Positions 1-11,242 of a stretch of DNA of 64,000 bases are shown piece by piece. The stretch spans positions 1-64,000 of IMG/VR virus record IMGVR_UViG_3300014838_000014, one strand, 5' to 3'. Below the pieces are notes generated by a model. It saw nothing but the letters and a program-made list of their open reading frames with translations, made no database searches and was not told the DNA's origin. The DNA comes from a virus. Within the stretch, counting starts at the first letter, position 1, and every line of letters starts with the position of its first letter. A program made the translations under genes and the position numbers.

Positions 1-35
1 ACGTTCGACACTCACCTGTATCAATTTGATTTATT

Positions 36-311
36 TTACAACGGGAACTTTAATCCAAACGTTCGTTCGAACCATGCTGTAGCGTTGTGTTTTTCGTTCA
101 GCAATTGCATGATCGAATCAAGCGATGCGCCTTCTCGACCGAGCTCTTCATCGAACCTACGCGTTGCGATCATTGCTTTCGTCGTGATCTTGATCTCATC
201 GATCGTTCCACGCAACCTCACGTTCGTCGGTAATCCAACGACCCACGACGCTATCGATGCCAGGAACACCTTTTGAACGGTGTTTAAACCAACAGGGGCG
301 AGCACTTCCAT
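36..311 (-). CDS. hypothetical phage protein
   Basis: ORF 36..374(-); likely start at ATG 311 (MEVLAPV...), preceded by a TACTTA late-promoter-like motif (319-324, minus strand). Confidence 0.5.
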   Translation of the reverse strand: MEVLAPVGLNTVQKVFLASIASWVVGLPTNVRLRGTIDEIKITTKAMIATRRFDEELGREGASLDSIMQLLNEKHNATAWFERTFGLKFPL

Positions 312-367
312 GTCGGCATAAGTAGGTGGTATAGGCGAGCGTCGCTGCACGCAGAAGGACACACGAA

Positions 368-3300
368 GTGCCATCGAAGGAAGAGCTCACAGACCAGCTG
401 ACGCTGATGACGAAGTTGGCCGCTCAGGTGGAGCGTATGGCAGCGTCGACGGAGAAACTTGAATCGTCATACTCGCAGCAGATCGATGCCGTGCAGAAGC
501 TCGCCGCGGCGCTTGGACAGGTAAACACACAAGGCGCAGTTCAGAACGTCGATGTTCTCAGCAAATCGCTGAAGGACATGCAAGCGAAGATGAAGGACAT
601 CGGTAAGACGAGCGAGAAGGCGTTCCAGACGCTCGGCAAAAAGGTTGAGGAAACCGGCAAGACGATGAGCCAGAAGTTTCCGAAGTCGGTTGCAATCGGT
701 GCAGCGGCGTTGATCGGGTTCGTTCAGGGCACACGAAACCTCGTTTCATTGACTAAGGGCGTCGTTGGTTTCTTTGCATCGTTTGTTGACGGTGCATTTA
801 GCATCGCTGCGGCCATCATTGCGATACCGTTTAAGATATTTGAATCGTTGGTCGATACGGCAGCACGTTCAGCGGGTGGAATGTCTGAGCTCATGGTGGC
901 GATAGAGAACCTCAGGAAGGAGTTTGGGTTCCTGTATGGGCCAACCAATAAGGCGATCATCGACGTTTCCAAGAGCCTCAAGGGGTTCAAGGACACCGGT
1001 TTGAGCGCCTGGCGCGTGTTCGGTATGATGCACATGCGTCTTGAATTGTTACAGAAGGTTGCGACTGAGATGGGCGCAACGTTCACGTACCTGCGTGACG
1101 AGTTCGAGAAGAACGGTGGAGCGTTGCTCGCGTACCAGAAGGGATTGGGCCTCAGCGAGGAGCTGATGAAGTCGATTGCGCAGTACACGATCTCCATGGG
1201 CGACACGCTAGGCGACACGTTTAAAGAGATGACGAAGTATTCGCTTGGCATGGCGAAGGCGTTTGGATTGGATGCGAAGGTCATAAGCCGCGACATGGGC
1301 AAGGCGATCATGGACGTCAAGCACTTTGCTGGTGCAACGATACAGGAGATCGCACAGGCAGCAACTTACGCTCGTAAACTTGGTTTGGAATTGGACAAGG
1401 TCGTTGGAACGTTGGATACGTTTGAGACGTTCGATACAGCGGCAGAGAACGTTGCCAAGCTATCGCAATCATTCGGTGTTCAGATCGATGCGTTCGAGTT
1501 GATGAAGGCGCAGGATCCCGCCGAACAGATTGACATGCTACGTAAATCGTTTGCAAAAGCCGGCGTTGATTCATCGAACTTCAATAGACAACAATTGAAG
1601 TTGCTTTCGACGACGACGGGTTTGGACGAGGCAACCGCCAGGCAGGCGTTTTCAATGAAGAACCAGGGCATGGGTCTCGATGCGATCAAGAAGAAGGGTT
1701 CAGACGTTGAAAAGAAGACGTTGACACAGGCACAGGCGATGGAAAGGTTAGCTGATGCCATCGAAAGGCTCGTCATGCCGGGTGGCCAATTGCTCGGAAG
1801 CTATTGGGATCAGTTCATCCTTGGTGTTAAGAACGGTCTGCAATCCACGAAGGATTTCTGGGGAATGATGATCAACATCAGGATCGGTCTCCGCGATGTT
1901 TACTTCATCGGCGTGCAGTTGGGTCGAGTGCTTGAGAAGATCATTCCTGGATTGGGCGACATCTTTGGTGGATTAAAAGAGTTCTTCGCGCCGAAGTACT
2001 TCGATAAGCTGTTCAGGAGCATCAGCGATTCCGTGAAGAAGTTCTTCGATCCAAACAGCGCTTACAAGGATTCAATACCAACTTTGATCGAAAATCTACA
2101 GAATTGCTTCTTCGACATGGTAGATGAAGAGGGACCGAACGCTCGAAGAATACTTGACGGGTTCAAGACGTTTTTCTCCGCGTTCTCTAAGATTGCTGTT
2201 GTTGCAATTGGTTGGTTATCGCATCAAATCGCAGACGGAATGAAAGATATTGCTGATTTGATTTCAGGCAAGAAATCGTTAACAATGTTGTCTTCTGTTG
2301 GATCTGCGGCCAACGGCGGGTTAGGTTTTCTTGCGGAGATTTTCTTGCCATTGGGTCAAGCGTTGAAGGATGCGTGGAAGACCTTACAAGGACCGCTTTT
2401 TTCGTTGCTTGACACGATCGGTAAGCAAGTATGGAAATATTTGACGTCCGATGAAATGATTGAAAGATATAAAAAGTACGCTCCATACGTTGCTGCCGTT
2501 TTATTCGGTCCAGGTCTCGTTAGAGCTGGTATTACTACGTTAGCGATGTCGTTGGCCTCTGTCGCAGGTGGTCTTGCATCAACGCTCGTTGGAGGTGTCT
2601 TTAAAAAGTTAGGTGTAAAGATTCTTGGTGATATGTTCGATGATATTCCAACAAGCGGCGTTTCAAAATCAATTAATACTGCCATAAAATCGGCGTTTGG
2701 TGGTGTTTCTGCAACGGGTGCTGATGTAGGTTCTAAGATTGGCACATCAGCGATTGTTAAGATGACTAGCGGCATCGGTCAGGCTGCTGATGGATTTGCA
2801 AAGGCTTTAGGAGCATCAAATTTTGGTAGCGTTTTGGGCGGCGTTATTGGCGTTGCTGCCGCTGCTTATATTGGGATTGAAGGTAAGAAGCTTATCGATG
2901 AAACGTTTGATAAGGGAAAGAGATCTGATAAATCTCTTCGTGGTGCAGAGATGGAAGCATGGTCAGCCACTAGCGCGCAAACGCCGATGGAAAAGAAACT
3001 TCAACAAATCGACAAACTACAAAAAACGATTGCAGAACAACAGGAAGCGTTAAACACAAAAGGATTCGGCGAAAAAGCACTGAATTGGATTGCAGGCACA
3101 GATATTGCTGCTGATCAGGCTGCTGATGCACTTGCGAAGTCAAAACGTACGTTATCTGATCTACAGATGCAGGTCAAACAAGCCGAACAGTCTAACGCTG
3201 GTACAGTTGAAGCAGCTCGTAAGAAGATGGCATCTTCATTTGAATCGCAGAAGTTCATGGGTGATACGACGTTAGATGATGCAAAGGGTAAATTGCAATC

Positions 3301-4078
3301 GCTTGAAGACCTTAGCAAGAAGTTGATGGGAAAGAACTTTGATATTCAAAAGATGATCAACGGTGTTAAGGATAAGTTCAAAGGAATTTCATTTGATATT
3401 TTTTCTCCTGAACAGGCTGGATCGTTGGGTGCAAACGTTGAAGTGATGAATCAGTTACAAACTTACGTCAACGCACTTTGTAGCGCACTGGCAGGAATTG
3501 ATAAGTTAAAGCAATTCGGCGAACGAAAGATGGATCTGAAATCATTGCAGAACGTGAAAGCCATCGTCTCACAGATGATGGATACGTCGTTGGATTTGTC
3601 GCAAATGGTTACGAAGGTTGAAGCGAACACAGCGAACTTTCAGAAGAACGTGATGGCATTCACAGATGTCATAAAAGGCGATGAAAAGGGCCGCGGCGGA
3701 ATTTCAGGCGCTCTTATGGCCGTGTCAGACATGGTCGCGCAAACCAATGAGTTGAACAAGGCTCTCGGTAGCATCGGCAAGATTGACATAAAGACAAAGC
3801 TTCAGAACGTTGCGAACGCAGTGGGTCTCGGTAGCAAGGTCAGCTACACCGTGAATCCAAACAAGCAGGTGCAGGTCGTCATAAACCTCGAAGTAACGAT
3901 GGACGTTGACGAGGTCGAGAAGGTGATGATCATGCGTCAGAAATCGATCATTGCAGATCGTTTGAACTTCGCCACCGGTGAAAACGCTGGACAGCCTGGC
4001 ACTCCTGCAATTCCTCAATCGTACGTGAAGGGTCAACCTCTACCTAATATAACACCATCAGGTAACAGAACGTTGTAG
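368..4078 (+). CDS. tail tape measure protein (putative)
   Basis: 1236 aa, Ala/Gly/Lys-rich helical composition with hydrophobic stretches; lies upstream of baseplate-like genes. Confidence 0.7.
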   Translation: MPSKEELTDQLTLMTKLAAQVERMAASTEKLESSYSQQIDAVQKLAAALGQVNTQGAVQNVDVLSKSLKDMQAKMKDIGKTSEKAFQTLGKKVEETGKTMSQKFPKSVAIGAAALIGFVQGTRNLVSLTKGVVGFFASFVDGAFSIAAAIIAIPFKIFESLVDTAARSAGGMSELMVAIENLRKEFGFLYGPTNKAIIDVSKSLKGFKDTGLSAWRVFGMMHMRLELLQKVATEMGATFTYLRDEFEKNGGALLAYQKGLGLSEELMKSIAQYTISMGDTLGDTFKEMTKYSLGMAKAFGLDAKVISRDMGKAIMDVKHFAGATIQEIAQAATYARKLGLELDKVVGTLDTFETFDTAAENVAKLSQSFGVQIDAFELMKAQDPAEQIDMLRKSFAKAGVDSSNFNRQQLKLLSTTTGLDEATARQAFSMKNQGMGLDAIKKKGSDVEKKTLTQAQAMERLADAIERLVMPGGQLLGSYWDQFILGVKNGLQSTKDFWGMMINIRIGLRDVYFIGVQLGRVLEKIIPGLGDIFGGLKEFFAPKYFDKLFRSISDSVKKFFDPNSAYKDSIPTLIENLQNCFFDMVDEEGPNARRILDGFKTFFSAFSKIAVVAIGWLSHQIADGMKDIADLISGKKSLTMLSSVGSAANGGLGFLAEIFLPLGQALKDAWKTLQGPLFSLLDTIGKQVWKYLTSDEMIERYKKYAPYVAAVLFGPGLVRAGITTLAMSLASVAGGLASTLVGGVFKKLGVKILGDMFDDIPTSGVSKSINTAIKSAFGGVSATGADVGSKIGTSAIVKMTSGIGQAADGFAKALGASNFGSVLGGVIGVAAAAYIGIEGKKLIDETFDKGKRSDKSLRGAEMEAWSATSAQTPMEKKLQQIDKLQKTIAEQQEALNTKGFGEKALNWIAGTDIAADQAADALAKSKRTLSDLQMQVKQAEQSNAGTVEAARKKMASSFESQKFMGDTTLDDAKGKLQSLEDLSKKLMGKNFDIQKMINGVKDKFKGISFDIFSPEQAGSLGANVEVMNQLQTYVNALCSALAGIDKLKQFGERKMDLKSLQNVKAIVSQMMDTSLDLSQMVTKVEANTANFQKNVMAFTDVIKGDEKGRGGISGALMAVSDMVAQTNELNKALGSIGKIDIKTKLQNVANAVGLGSKVSYTVNPNKQVQVVINLEVTMDVDEVEKVMIMRQKSIIADRLNFATGENAGQPGTPAIPQSYVKGQPLPNITPSGNRTL

Positions 4079-4107
4079 TGTTTAAACGCGCCAAGTAGTA
4101 CTAAAAC

Positions 4108-4374
4108 ATGCCAAAGAAGAACGATCTAGTTAAACGATTGCGCAATGATGAACTGTACACGCAAGCGTTGGGACGAGCACGTACGCTTAAGGAGCGTGAG
4201 ATAATCGCTAACTTTGTTGAGGGATTCGTCAATAAGGTTGATGAAGTGATGGCGCCGTTGATCGAACGAGCTAAACGTGATCCCGAGTTTGCAAAGCAAC
4301 TAGTAAAGGCTATGTCGGAAGGTAAGGGCTTACTTACTGGTGGCCAGTCGTCGGTGTCGGGCTCGAATGCGTAG
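4108..4374 (+). CDS. hypothetical protein (tail module)
   Basis: 88-aa ORF tightly packed between structural genes. Confidence 0.6.
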   Translation: MPKKNDLVKRLRNDELYTQALGRARTLKEREIIANFVEGFVNKVDEVMAPLIERAKRDPEFAKQLVKAMSEGKGLLTGGQSSVSGSNA

Positions 4375-4376
4375 GA

Positions 4377-7300
4377 GTGATGTCTGATCCAGGTAACCCA
4401 TTGAATGCAGGATCTATCGGGTTTCCGATCGACGGTCAAATGTACACGTTCGACGTAGGTCTGCCAGACTCAGAAGGAGGATCACATGGCACATATGTGC
4501 CAGGCGTTGACGTCAGCGCAGGTTATGTGGATGCTAATGGTAAGCCGAAGGACGTCACGGCGCCGACAAGGACGACGTTAGCTCAATATATGAGCAAGGT
4601 TACGATGGGTAAGGAGGGATCAACGACGGTTCCTAATCAGTACGTAGTTGATCCCATTGGTCCATCGATCGTGACCATAAGCGATTCTAAGGGTTATCCG
4701 GGAGGATTAGAGAACCCTCCAATAAACATGAACACGTTCGCCGGTAAGAACGAGAGAACGATCGATTATAGGTCGCCTGTTTATCCGACGACATTAGCTA
4801 ACTCGATGAAGAAGGGTAAGTCGTCCATAAATTTACCTGATGGAAACGATGTCCTTGCAGGAGTTTCTGGGACGACGACGTACGTTGGTTCACCTGGAAA
4901 CCTATCGGGCGATGCAACAAACGATTCAACGCCATTGATCGGTCACGTTGACACATCGCAGACGATCGTCAATCCTTACGTTTCTGCCATTTTATCAAGC
5001 AACAGGTTTTCAGCCGCCGCGACAAACGTTCAGCAGTTCCCGTACGCCTCGATCGATATTTCTAATCCATCGCCATCGTTCAATCCATCGTTCACCAACC
5101 AAAACAAGCTCGGGTTGTACGATAAGAATGCAGGCCCACCGATCACTGCAGGTCGCTTAGCCGCTATTGGCCCCTTGTTGACTATGCGTGCAGGTCTCGA
5201 GCTCGGCTCGAATGATCCTGGTGCAGATCCAAACGACGGTGGGTTGCAAGCGAAGGCACTTTTGCCGGGTCTCGCACAATTGGGTACATCGACGGTTGAC
5301 GTTACGACGTTGTATGCTAGCGATGTTCTAAAATCATTGACGCAGGATGAACCATCTGGCAACGATGTGCTTAGCATCGGAGCACAATCATGGGGACAAC
5401 TTAACAACACGGATGATCCTTTCTCGGGCACTGATGCGTTGGGAATGCTTGCGTTGTCGACGGCATTGGTTGCCGGCATGATGGTTCTGTTTGATTCGTT
5501 GAGCGTCATTCTCGGAATGATAACTCCGACGATCAAATCGCCGTCGTTCGACGGTGAGGGAAGGTATACGCTTGGTGAACACTACCCTGGAATGGCATCA
5601 GCACAGAAATCGTCTCAACAAGGTGGAATAGGCGGCGTGGTTGCGTCCGTCAGCACGTTGAACTTCGGTGCGTTGCTTGGGATCGTTCCCACGAATTATC
5701 CGTTCAACCAAGCGCTTACGACGGGAATCAATGCGTTCTTTAGCATTCCTGGAGGCGGTGGAATCGGTTTGAATCAATTGGCGGGTGCGTTGACATCGTC
5801 GACTGACTCTCCTGGGTTTAACACCGTCGTCGCACGAGCGATCATCAGGAGCGGCGTTACGATCGTTGATAAGCTCAAGGGAATCGGTGGAAATCCGATG
5901 AACGTGATAAATTCCATCCTATCATTGATAGACACGATTAGATCATCGAAGATCGTAGCTGCGTGCAACGTGTTCGCAATGCTCGGCGATGCGCAGTTAT
6001 CGTTGCCTGGTGGTTACATCGATTCGACCGTTTCAAACACCGTGAAGGTGTCATCGATGGACGCAACCCCAGATACGTTGTCGAACGCAGCGAGCAAGAA
6101 CAGGTTACAATCCAGTCTTAAATTAGCGTGGTCATCGAATAGATCACGAGCGAACCTGTTGATTCCATCGCAGATACTTGCGTTGAACAGCGTGGTCACC
6201 ATGGATCAGTTCAATCCGACGGGTGCATCGAGTCCTGAATCGTTGGTGAACAACACCGTTACGCTACCGGAGAATTCTGGTCGAATAGATCCTGATACGG
6301 CGGCGCAGTTTGAAGCAACGCTTGAAGCTGAGTACGTTCCGTTTTACTTCCATGACATTAGAACGAATGAGATGGTTGGTTTCCATGCGTTCCTTGCATC
6401 GTTGACAGATGATTTCACGGCGTCGTACGAGAAGACAGAGGGATACGGTCGCGTTGAACCTGTGAAGATCTACAAGGGTACAGAACGTCGAATCAACATG
6501 TCGTTCTATATCATCTCAACGTCGCAGCAGGACTTTGATGAGATGTGGATAAAGATCAACAAGCTCGTCACGCTTATCTATCCGCAGTACACGAAGGGCG
6601 TAACGTTGCTGTCACAGGATCAATCGTATTCGTTTACACAACCGTTTAGTCAATTGATTGGAGCATCACCGTTGATCAGGATTCGCTTGGGTGATCTTAT
6701 TCGAGGAAACTACTCACAGTTTGCTCTTGCGCGGTTGTTCGGTCTCGGCAACAGCGATTTTCAACTCGACAACGTGCAGTTCACTGATGGATCATCGTAC
6801 GATCAGAGTCAACTTGATCTGTTGAACCAAGCCATTCAGGACGATTTGTTCAATCCACAGGGAAACACATACTACGTTGCTCCAGGAAACTACCCGTTGT
6901 ACCAAGATAACAGCATTCCGTTTTTGGGATCGTTCGGTGGTGCCACTGGACCTGCAAACGCTCCTACGTTCGATCCAAGCGTGTGTTCCATACCGAACAT
7001 GTTCATAGCAAAGATCAAAAAGGTTTCTGCGAATAGCAATGGTAACGCGATCATTGAGGTTTGTGAGATTGACATAAACGATGATCCTGTGTTCACGTCT
7101 GCGTTCTCAAGTGCTATATCAAGTGCTCAAGCGCAGTTCGAGAACGGTGATCCACTGCAAACGATCGTCGGCGGTACGTACTCGATACCGTTGGATGCTT
7201 TGATTCCTACGCCTCAGACGAAGCGTAAGTTGATGCAACAGGTTGCTCCTGGAAGTTCAGGAACGAGCTTTGCATCCACGTTGACGAACTTCATAGATCC

Positions 7301-7589
7301 TAGCAATAACGCGATTGCAAAGTCGTTCAAGGACACGTATGGTAAGGGTCTAGCGGGTTTCATTGAGACGATGAACTTTGATTGGTACGATAAGGTCACG
7401 TGGGAAACGTCTGTTCAAGGTAGGATAGCACCGAAGATGTGCAAGGTCACGTTAGGATTCAGTCCGATACACGACATCAGTCCTGGTATCGATCACATGG
7501 GTTACAACCGCGCTCCCGTGTATGGCGTCGGCGTTATGGGTTCGCCGAATGCATCATTCCCGACAAACATCCAACCGAGTAACAACTGA
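4377..7589 (+). CDS. virion structural protein, tail tube/baseplate-associated (putative)
   Basis: 1070 aa, G/S/T/N-rich; 'FHAFLASLTDDF..GYGRVEPVKIY..TERRINMSF' segment resembles myophage tube-initiator/baseplate proteins. Confidence 0.55.
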   Translation: MMSDPGNPLNAGSIGFPIDGQMYTFDVGLPDSEGGSHGTYVPGVDVSAGYVDANGKPKDVTAPTRTTLAQYMSKVTMGKEGSTTVPNQYVVDPIGPSIVTISDSKGYPGGLENPPINMNTFAGKNERTIDYRSPVYPTTLANSMKKGKSSINLPDGNDVLAGVSGTTTYVGSPGNLSGDATNDSTPLIGHVDTSQTIVNPYVSAILSSNRFSAAATNVQQFPYASIDISNPSPSFNPSFTNQNKLGLYDKNAGPPITAGRLAAIGPLLTMRAGLELGSNDPGADPNDGGLQAKALLPGLAQLGTSTVDVTTLYASDVLKSLTQDEPSGNDVLSIGAQSWGQLNNTDDPFSGTDALGMLALSTALVAGMMVLFDSLSVILGMITPTIKSPSFDGEGRYTLGEHYPGMASAQKSSQQGGIGGVVASVSTLNFGALLGIVPTNYPFNQALTTGINAFFSIPGGGGIGLNQLAGALTSSTDSPGFNTVVARAIIRSGVTIVDKLKGIGGNPMNVINSILSLIDTIRSSKIVAACNVFAMLGDAQLSLPGGYIDSTVSNTVKVSSMDATPDTLSNAASKNRLQSSLKLAWSSNRSRANLLIPSQILALNSVVTMDQFNPTGASSPESLVNNTVTLPENSGRIDPDTAAQFEATLEAEYVPFYFHDIRTNEMVGFHAFLASLTDDFTASYEKTEGYGRVEPVKIYKGTERRINMSFYIISTSQQDFDEMWIKINKLVTLIYPQYTKGVTLLSQDQSYSFTQPFSQLIGASPLIRIRLGDLIRGNYSQFALARLFGLGNSDFQLDNVQFTDGSSYDQSQLDLLNQAIQDDLFNPQGNTYYVAPGNYPLYQDNSIPFLGSFGGATGPANAPTFDPSVCSIPNMFIAKIKKVSANSNGNAIIEVCEIDINDDPVFTSAFSSAISSAQAQFENGDPLQTIVGGTYSIPLDALIPTPQTKRKLMQQVAPGSSGTSFASTLTNFIDPSNNAIAKSFKDTYGKGLAGFIETMNFDWYDKVTWETSVQGRIAPKMCKVTLGFSPIHDISPGIDHMGYNRAPVYGVGVMGSPNASFPTNIQPSNN

Positions 7590-7882
7590 TGTCGTTCTCT
7601 CGTTACTCGCGTACACCCGTTCTTAACTTCGGTGCACAATACGGCACGTGCAGAGCGCGTGAGGCCATACAGAAAGCGATCGCTGCGGGCACGTTGCTGA
7701 CAAAACCATTGGTGCTTCGCGGTGCCGAGAGGTTGGACACGATGGCCGGTGTGATCTATGGTGATGCACAATATTGGTGGGTCCTCGCCGCGGCGTCGAA
7801 CATCGGATGGGGATTGCAGTGCCCGCCTGGGACTTTGCTTCAGGTTCCTTCACTTGCAGACGTAGCATCGTTGATAGGTTAA
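7589..7882 (+). CDS. LysM-like baseplate/tail X-type protein
   Basis: 'ERLDTMAGVIYGDAQYWWVLAAASNI...PPGTLLQVP' pattern. Confidence 0.7.
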   Translation: MSFSRYSRTPVLNFGAQYGTCRAREAIQKAIAAGTLLTKPLVLRGAERLDTMAGVIYGDAQYWWVLAAASNIGWGLQCPPGTLLQVPSLADVASLIG

Positions 7883-7885
7883 ACG

Positions 7886-10798
7886 ATGGCAAACGACTTT
7901 AGCACGCTCACCGGGATCTACGATATGATGCAGCCGGCGGATCTCGCCGGCACGCAGGGATTGAGCTTGGGTGGTGATCCTAAGATCGGTTCGAATGCGT
8001 TCAACCAACTGCTTAGCGTTCTTGAGAACAATGGACGTGGAGTGTACACGGCGTCAGATCTCAAGGAGAAGTTGAGCAACCTAACATTGAAATCAAGCGA
8101 TGGAAACATCGATCTATCGGAATTCATACAGTTCTTTAGCACACAGGGTATTCTTGATCTTGGAAAGTTATCAGATGCTGCAAAGACGTACAAGGATGCA
8201 AAAGGCAATGCGGTACAGGTGTCAGGAATTCAGGAGATCATCGGTAAGGATTTTCAGCTGAACGGTGACGCGCAACAGAAGCTACCGTTCGATACGACGA
8301 TCATCCTGAGCAGGTCACCGTTCTTTCACCCCGCCACTCGCAACACGAAGAAGGCGGAGACGTTTTTAAACTCGATGCCGTCAACCATCCTCGCATCGTT
8401 GTCGCCGTACCTTCAGGTCGAGTTCCAGGTCAAGCGTGATCCATCGCATCAGCTACAAGCGCCTGGTTTGCTTAAATTTCTCTTGGGCGCAGTTGATAAG
8501 AACGGTCAGGACGCAACGTCCATGGCAAACAAAGCGATGATTGAAGGACATGAGATCAAAGGTAATTCTAACACGCCTGAGATCGATTTTGCCGGCATGG
8601 AGATGTTCACTAGCCCACAGACGTTGGTCAATCCACAACCCAACCTCAACGTTGGTACTGATGGAAATCGCTACGTTGATGTGATTGATCCGTTCAGACC
8701 ATTCGCTTCGTTGGAGCACTGCACGATAACAGCGGTTCCAGCAGTTGGAATGTACTCGTACAAGACGGCATCGCTTGTCATCAAACTACACGATCGTTCG
8801 AGGTTGAACGAGATCAGTGATCTTATCAGGCCACGCGTCTACACGGGAGTCACCGTGTGGATGACGTACGGTTGGCGTGCGCCAGTTCGCCCCGGTGAGA
8901 ATCCTTACTTTGACTACGTCAACAACACGATGTTGATGCGTGAGGCATATGGTATCATCAACAGCAACTTCACGTTTGATAACGTCGGTCAGGTGACAAT
9001 AACGTTGCAGCTCTTCACGAAGGGCGTCATCGAAATGCGTGAATCGAAGATCAGCGATAACATCAATGACATTGATTTCCAATTTAAACAGATAAAGATC
9101 ATTGCTGATCAGATTTCTGAGTATAGAAAGAAGTTAAAACTTGATCCTCCCGATGGAATAAGCAAGGAAATACGAAGGTTTTTGATACTTGACGCGGCCG
9201 AACAGGGTGAATTTCCCAACCTCAAGGTTCAGGATGTGACGACCGCGATAAACCAACTACGTGCAACGCTTGGAAACACAAAGGGAATCGATAAGGACGC
9301 TCTCAATGGTATGATCACATCGTTGCAGCAACTGTATGCGCCAGCGACGAACGATAAGACGAAGTTTAGTCTTAAGGATCGTTACGAGTCTCGAGTCACC
9401 TCAACGATCAACGCGATGTTCGATGAAGCGATAACGGGTACAGATCCTTTCCTGCCTATTTCACTCAAGAACGGTGGTTACAAGCCCTTGGTTGGTGACG
9501 AGATCGCTACGATATGTGATAGTTACAACTCTTCACCAAAGACGCCACCGGTGAATGGATTGGCACGTAAGGCCCTAGTTTCCTTTGGTAAGCTTTTCAT
9601 GGTGTTCGTCGTGAGGAACTTGATCAGCGCAAACGTTACCGATGAACTGCAGGTGTTCTTTTACAATCTCAATGAATCATGCGGTCCCGTGAGCGGTCAT
9701 TCCATCGCTGAGTTTCCGATTGATATGCTAATGTTCAAGGATCAGTATAGACAACACGTGCAGAAGATCGGTAGCGAAAGGATAACGTTGGAGGACTTTC
9801 TTCTGCTCATCATAAATGCACAGTTTCAGGATAATAGGTCTGTCGGTTATGGAATGTCTGCGTTCTACGAGGCGTATGATCCAAAGAATCCAGATGCAAA
9901 GCTCAAGGATCACGAGGGTGAGGAGAACTCGCAGCTTGGCAAGTACCTTAATAAGTGGGGAACGTTCAAGAAACCCGTCATAGAGATGTACATCGAGACG
10001 ACACACCAGCGCGTTCCTGATACGGGTTACACGGACATCCTGACGATGATGGATTATTCTGCGGTAAATTCGGCAACGTTGAACTCCGCTGACCTTCACA
10101 ACCTTGCGTCTAAGAAGATCATGAGGATCCACGTTTACGACAAACAGATGAGTCCTCGCAAGGCCGCGACGCAGTTGCTACGTGCTGATGATAAGGCCGG
10201 AGGATTCATATCGATACCTGCGACGGATTTTGCGATTCAAAAAACGACAGACAAGACGTTGGCTTCGATTCCAACGTCGATCGCGACCGTTCAGAGCGAC
10301 CTTGCGACTGGTCATATACAGATCGTTGACTTCACGAGTAACCAACAGATGAAGGATTTCGTGTCCAAGATGGTACCGACGATAAGGTTTGGATCGAACG
10401 GATCAACGATAACGAACGCGCAGCTCGCTTCGAAGGCTGATGCTTTGTTATCGACGGTGCAGATGATCAGGACGATGACAATGAAGAACTCAGCTCATGC
10501 GAACGGAAGCGGCGAGGGCGGTGTTCCACTGCGCGTCATTCCGGCGCAGTTGACGCTGACGACGTTGGGAAACGTGCTCGCCACGATGGCGCAACAATAC
10601 ATGGTAGATTTTCAGACAGGCACAACGCTTGATAACCTTTATATAGTCGTTGGCACGACTCACACGTTTGCGCCTGGAAAATTCGAGACCACGTGGCAGA
10701 TGGGTTATTCTGATGCATATGGTGTTTTTGAGGGACCACCAAACGTGCAAAAATGGATTTCTCAATTCCCTGCCACTGTGACAGGTGCTACTGGTTGA
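7886..10798 (+). CDS. baseplate hub-like structural protein (putative)
   Basis: 970 aa directly after the LysM-like gene; C-terminal 'LYIVVGTTHTFAPGKFETT' resembles the hub/gpD-type end motif. Confidence 0.5.
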   Translation: MANDFSTLTGIYDMMQPADLAGTQGLSLGGDPKIGSNAFNQLLSVLENNGRGVYTASDLKEKLSNLTLKSSDGNIDLSEFIQFFSTQGILDLGKLSDAAKTYKDAKGNAVQVSGIQEIIGKDFQLNGDAQQKLPFDTTIILSRSPFFHPATRNTKKAETFLNSMPSTILASLSPYLQVEFQVKRDPSHQLQAPGLLKFLLGAVDKNGQDATSMANKAMIEGHEIKGNSNTPEIDFAGMEMFTSPQTLVNPQPNLNVGTDGNRYVDVIDPFRPFASLEHCTITAVPAVGMYSYKTASLVIKLHDRSRLNEISDLIRPRVYTGVTVWMTYGWRAPVRPGENPYFDYVNNTMLMREAYGIINSNFTFDNVGQVTITLQLFTKGVIEMRESKISDNINDIDFQFKQIKIIADQISEYRKKLKLDPPDGISKEIRRFLILDAAEQGEFPNLKVQDVTTAINQLRATLGNTKGIDKDALNGMITSLQQLYAPATNDKTKFSLKDRYESRVTSTINAMFDEAITGTDPFLPISLKNGGYKPLVGDEIATICDSYNSSPKTPPVNGLARKALVSFGKLFMVFVVRNLISANVTDELQVFFYNLNESCGPVSGHSIAEFPIDMLMFKDQYRQHVQKIGSERITLEDFLLLIINAQFQDNRSVGYGMSAFYEAYDPKNPDAKLKDHEGEENSQLGKYLNKWGTFKKPVIEMYIETTHQRVPDTGYTDILTMMDYSAVNSATLNSADLHNLASKKIMRIHVYDKQMSPRKAATQLLRADDKAGGFISIPATDFAIQKTTDKTLASIPTSIATVQSDLATGHIQIVDFTSNQQMKDFVSKMVPTIRFGSNGSTITNAQLASKADALLSTVQMIRTMTMKNSAHANGSGEGGVPLRVIPAQLTLTTLGNVLATMAQQYMVDFQTGTTLDNLYIVVGTTHTFAPGKFETTWQMGYSDAYGVFEGPPNVQKWISQFPATVTGATG

Positions 10799-10891
10799 TG
10801 AACATTTGTGACGTTGGCGTACTGTTTTTAGTTCGATGTATGATGTGAACGACGAGTGCAACGTTCTCAACCTTCGTGTTACGATTCAGTC

Positions 10892-11176
10892 ATGGTACGA
10901 ACGTTGAATGATCAATGCCAGCTCAATCCTGGTGATTTGATCGAATGGGTGTATAAATCTGATTCTCAACCCGTCGATGAGGATGCCAAACTTTGGTCAA
11001 CGACGATGAAGCGTTGGGTTCCAATCGGCGTTCATCCCATGATGCTCATTTCGATGACAGACGAATTCTACATGTGGTTGACCCCGAAGGGGTTGTTCCA
11101 CGCGTGTGTGGATGATACGTCGGCATGCCCGTCGGCGGTCAGTTTCCTCGAGGTTGTTCCACGCGTGTGTGGATGA
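10892..11176 (+). CDS. array-fused small protein family (PGDLIEW family), copy A1
   Basis: paralogous core; reads through repeat 1 and spacer 1 and stops at TGA inside repeat 2; ATG 6 nt after a -10-like TACGAT. Confidence 0.75.
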   Translation: MVRTLNDQCQLNPGDLIEWVYKSDSQPVDEDAKLWSTTMKRWVPIGVHPMMLISMTDEFYMWLTPKGLFHACVDDTSACPSAVSFLEVVPRVCG

Positions 11177-11241
11177 TACACTTAGGCCCTTCCTATGTCT
11201 ACCACCGAGGCTGGTTGTTCCACGCGTTGTAGGAGAACCTC
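11091..11241 (+). CRISPR. mini-array A1: 3 repeats, 2 spacers of 33 nt
   Basis: GGTTGTTCCACGCGTGTGTGGATGATAC at 11091 and 11152 (identical); 3'-degenerate copy at 11213; period 61/61. Confidence 0.75.
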
Positions 11242-11242
11242 G

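Noticed and set aside
11091-11241. Arrays transcribed from the minus strand
   Set aside because: The palindromic repeat resembles I-E in both directions, but the G-biased first spacer base, downstream degenerate repeat and co-oriented promoters favour +. Not formally excluded.
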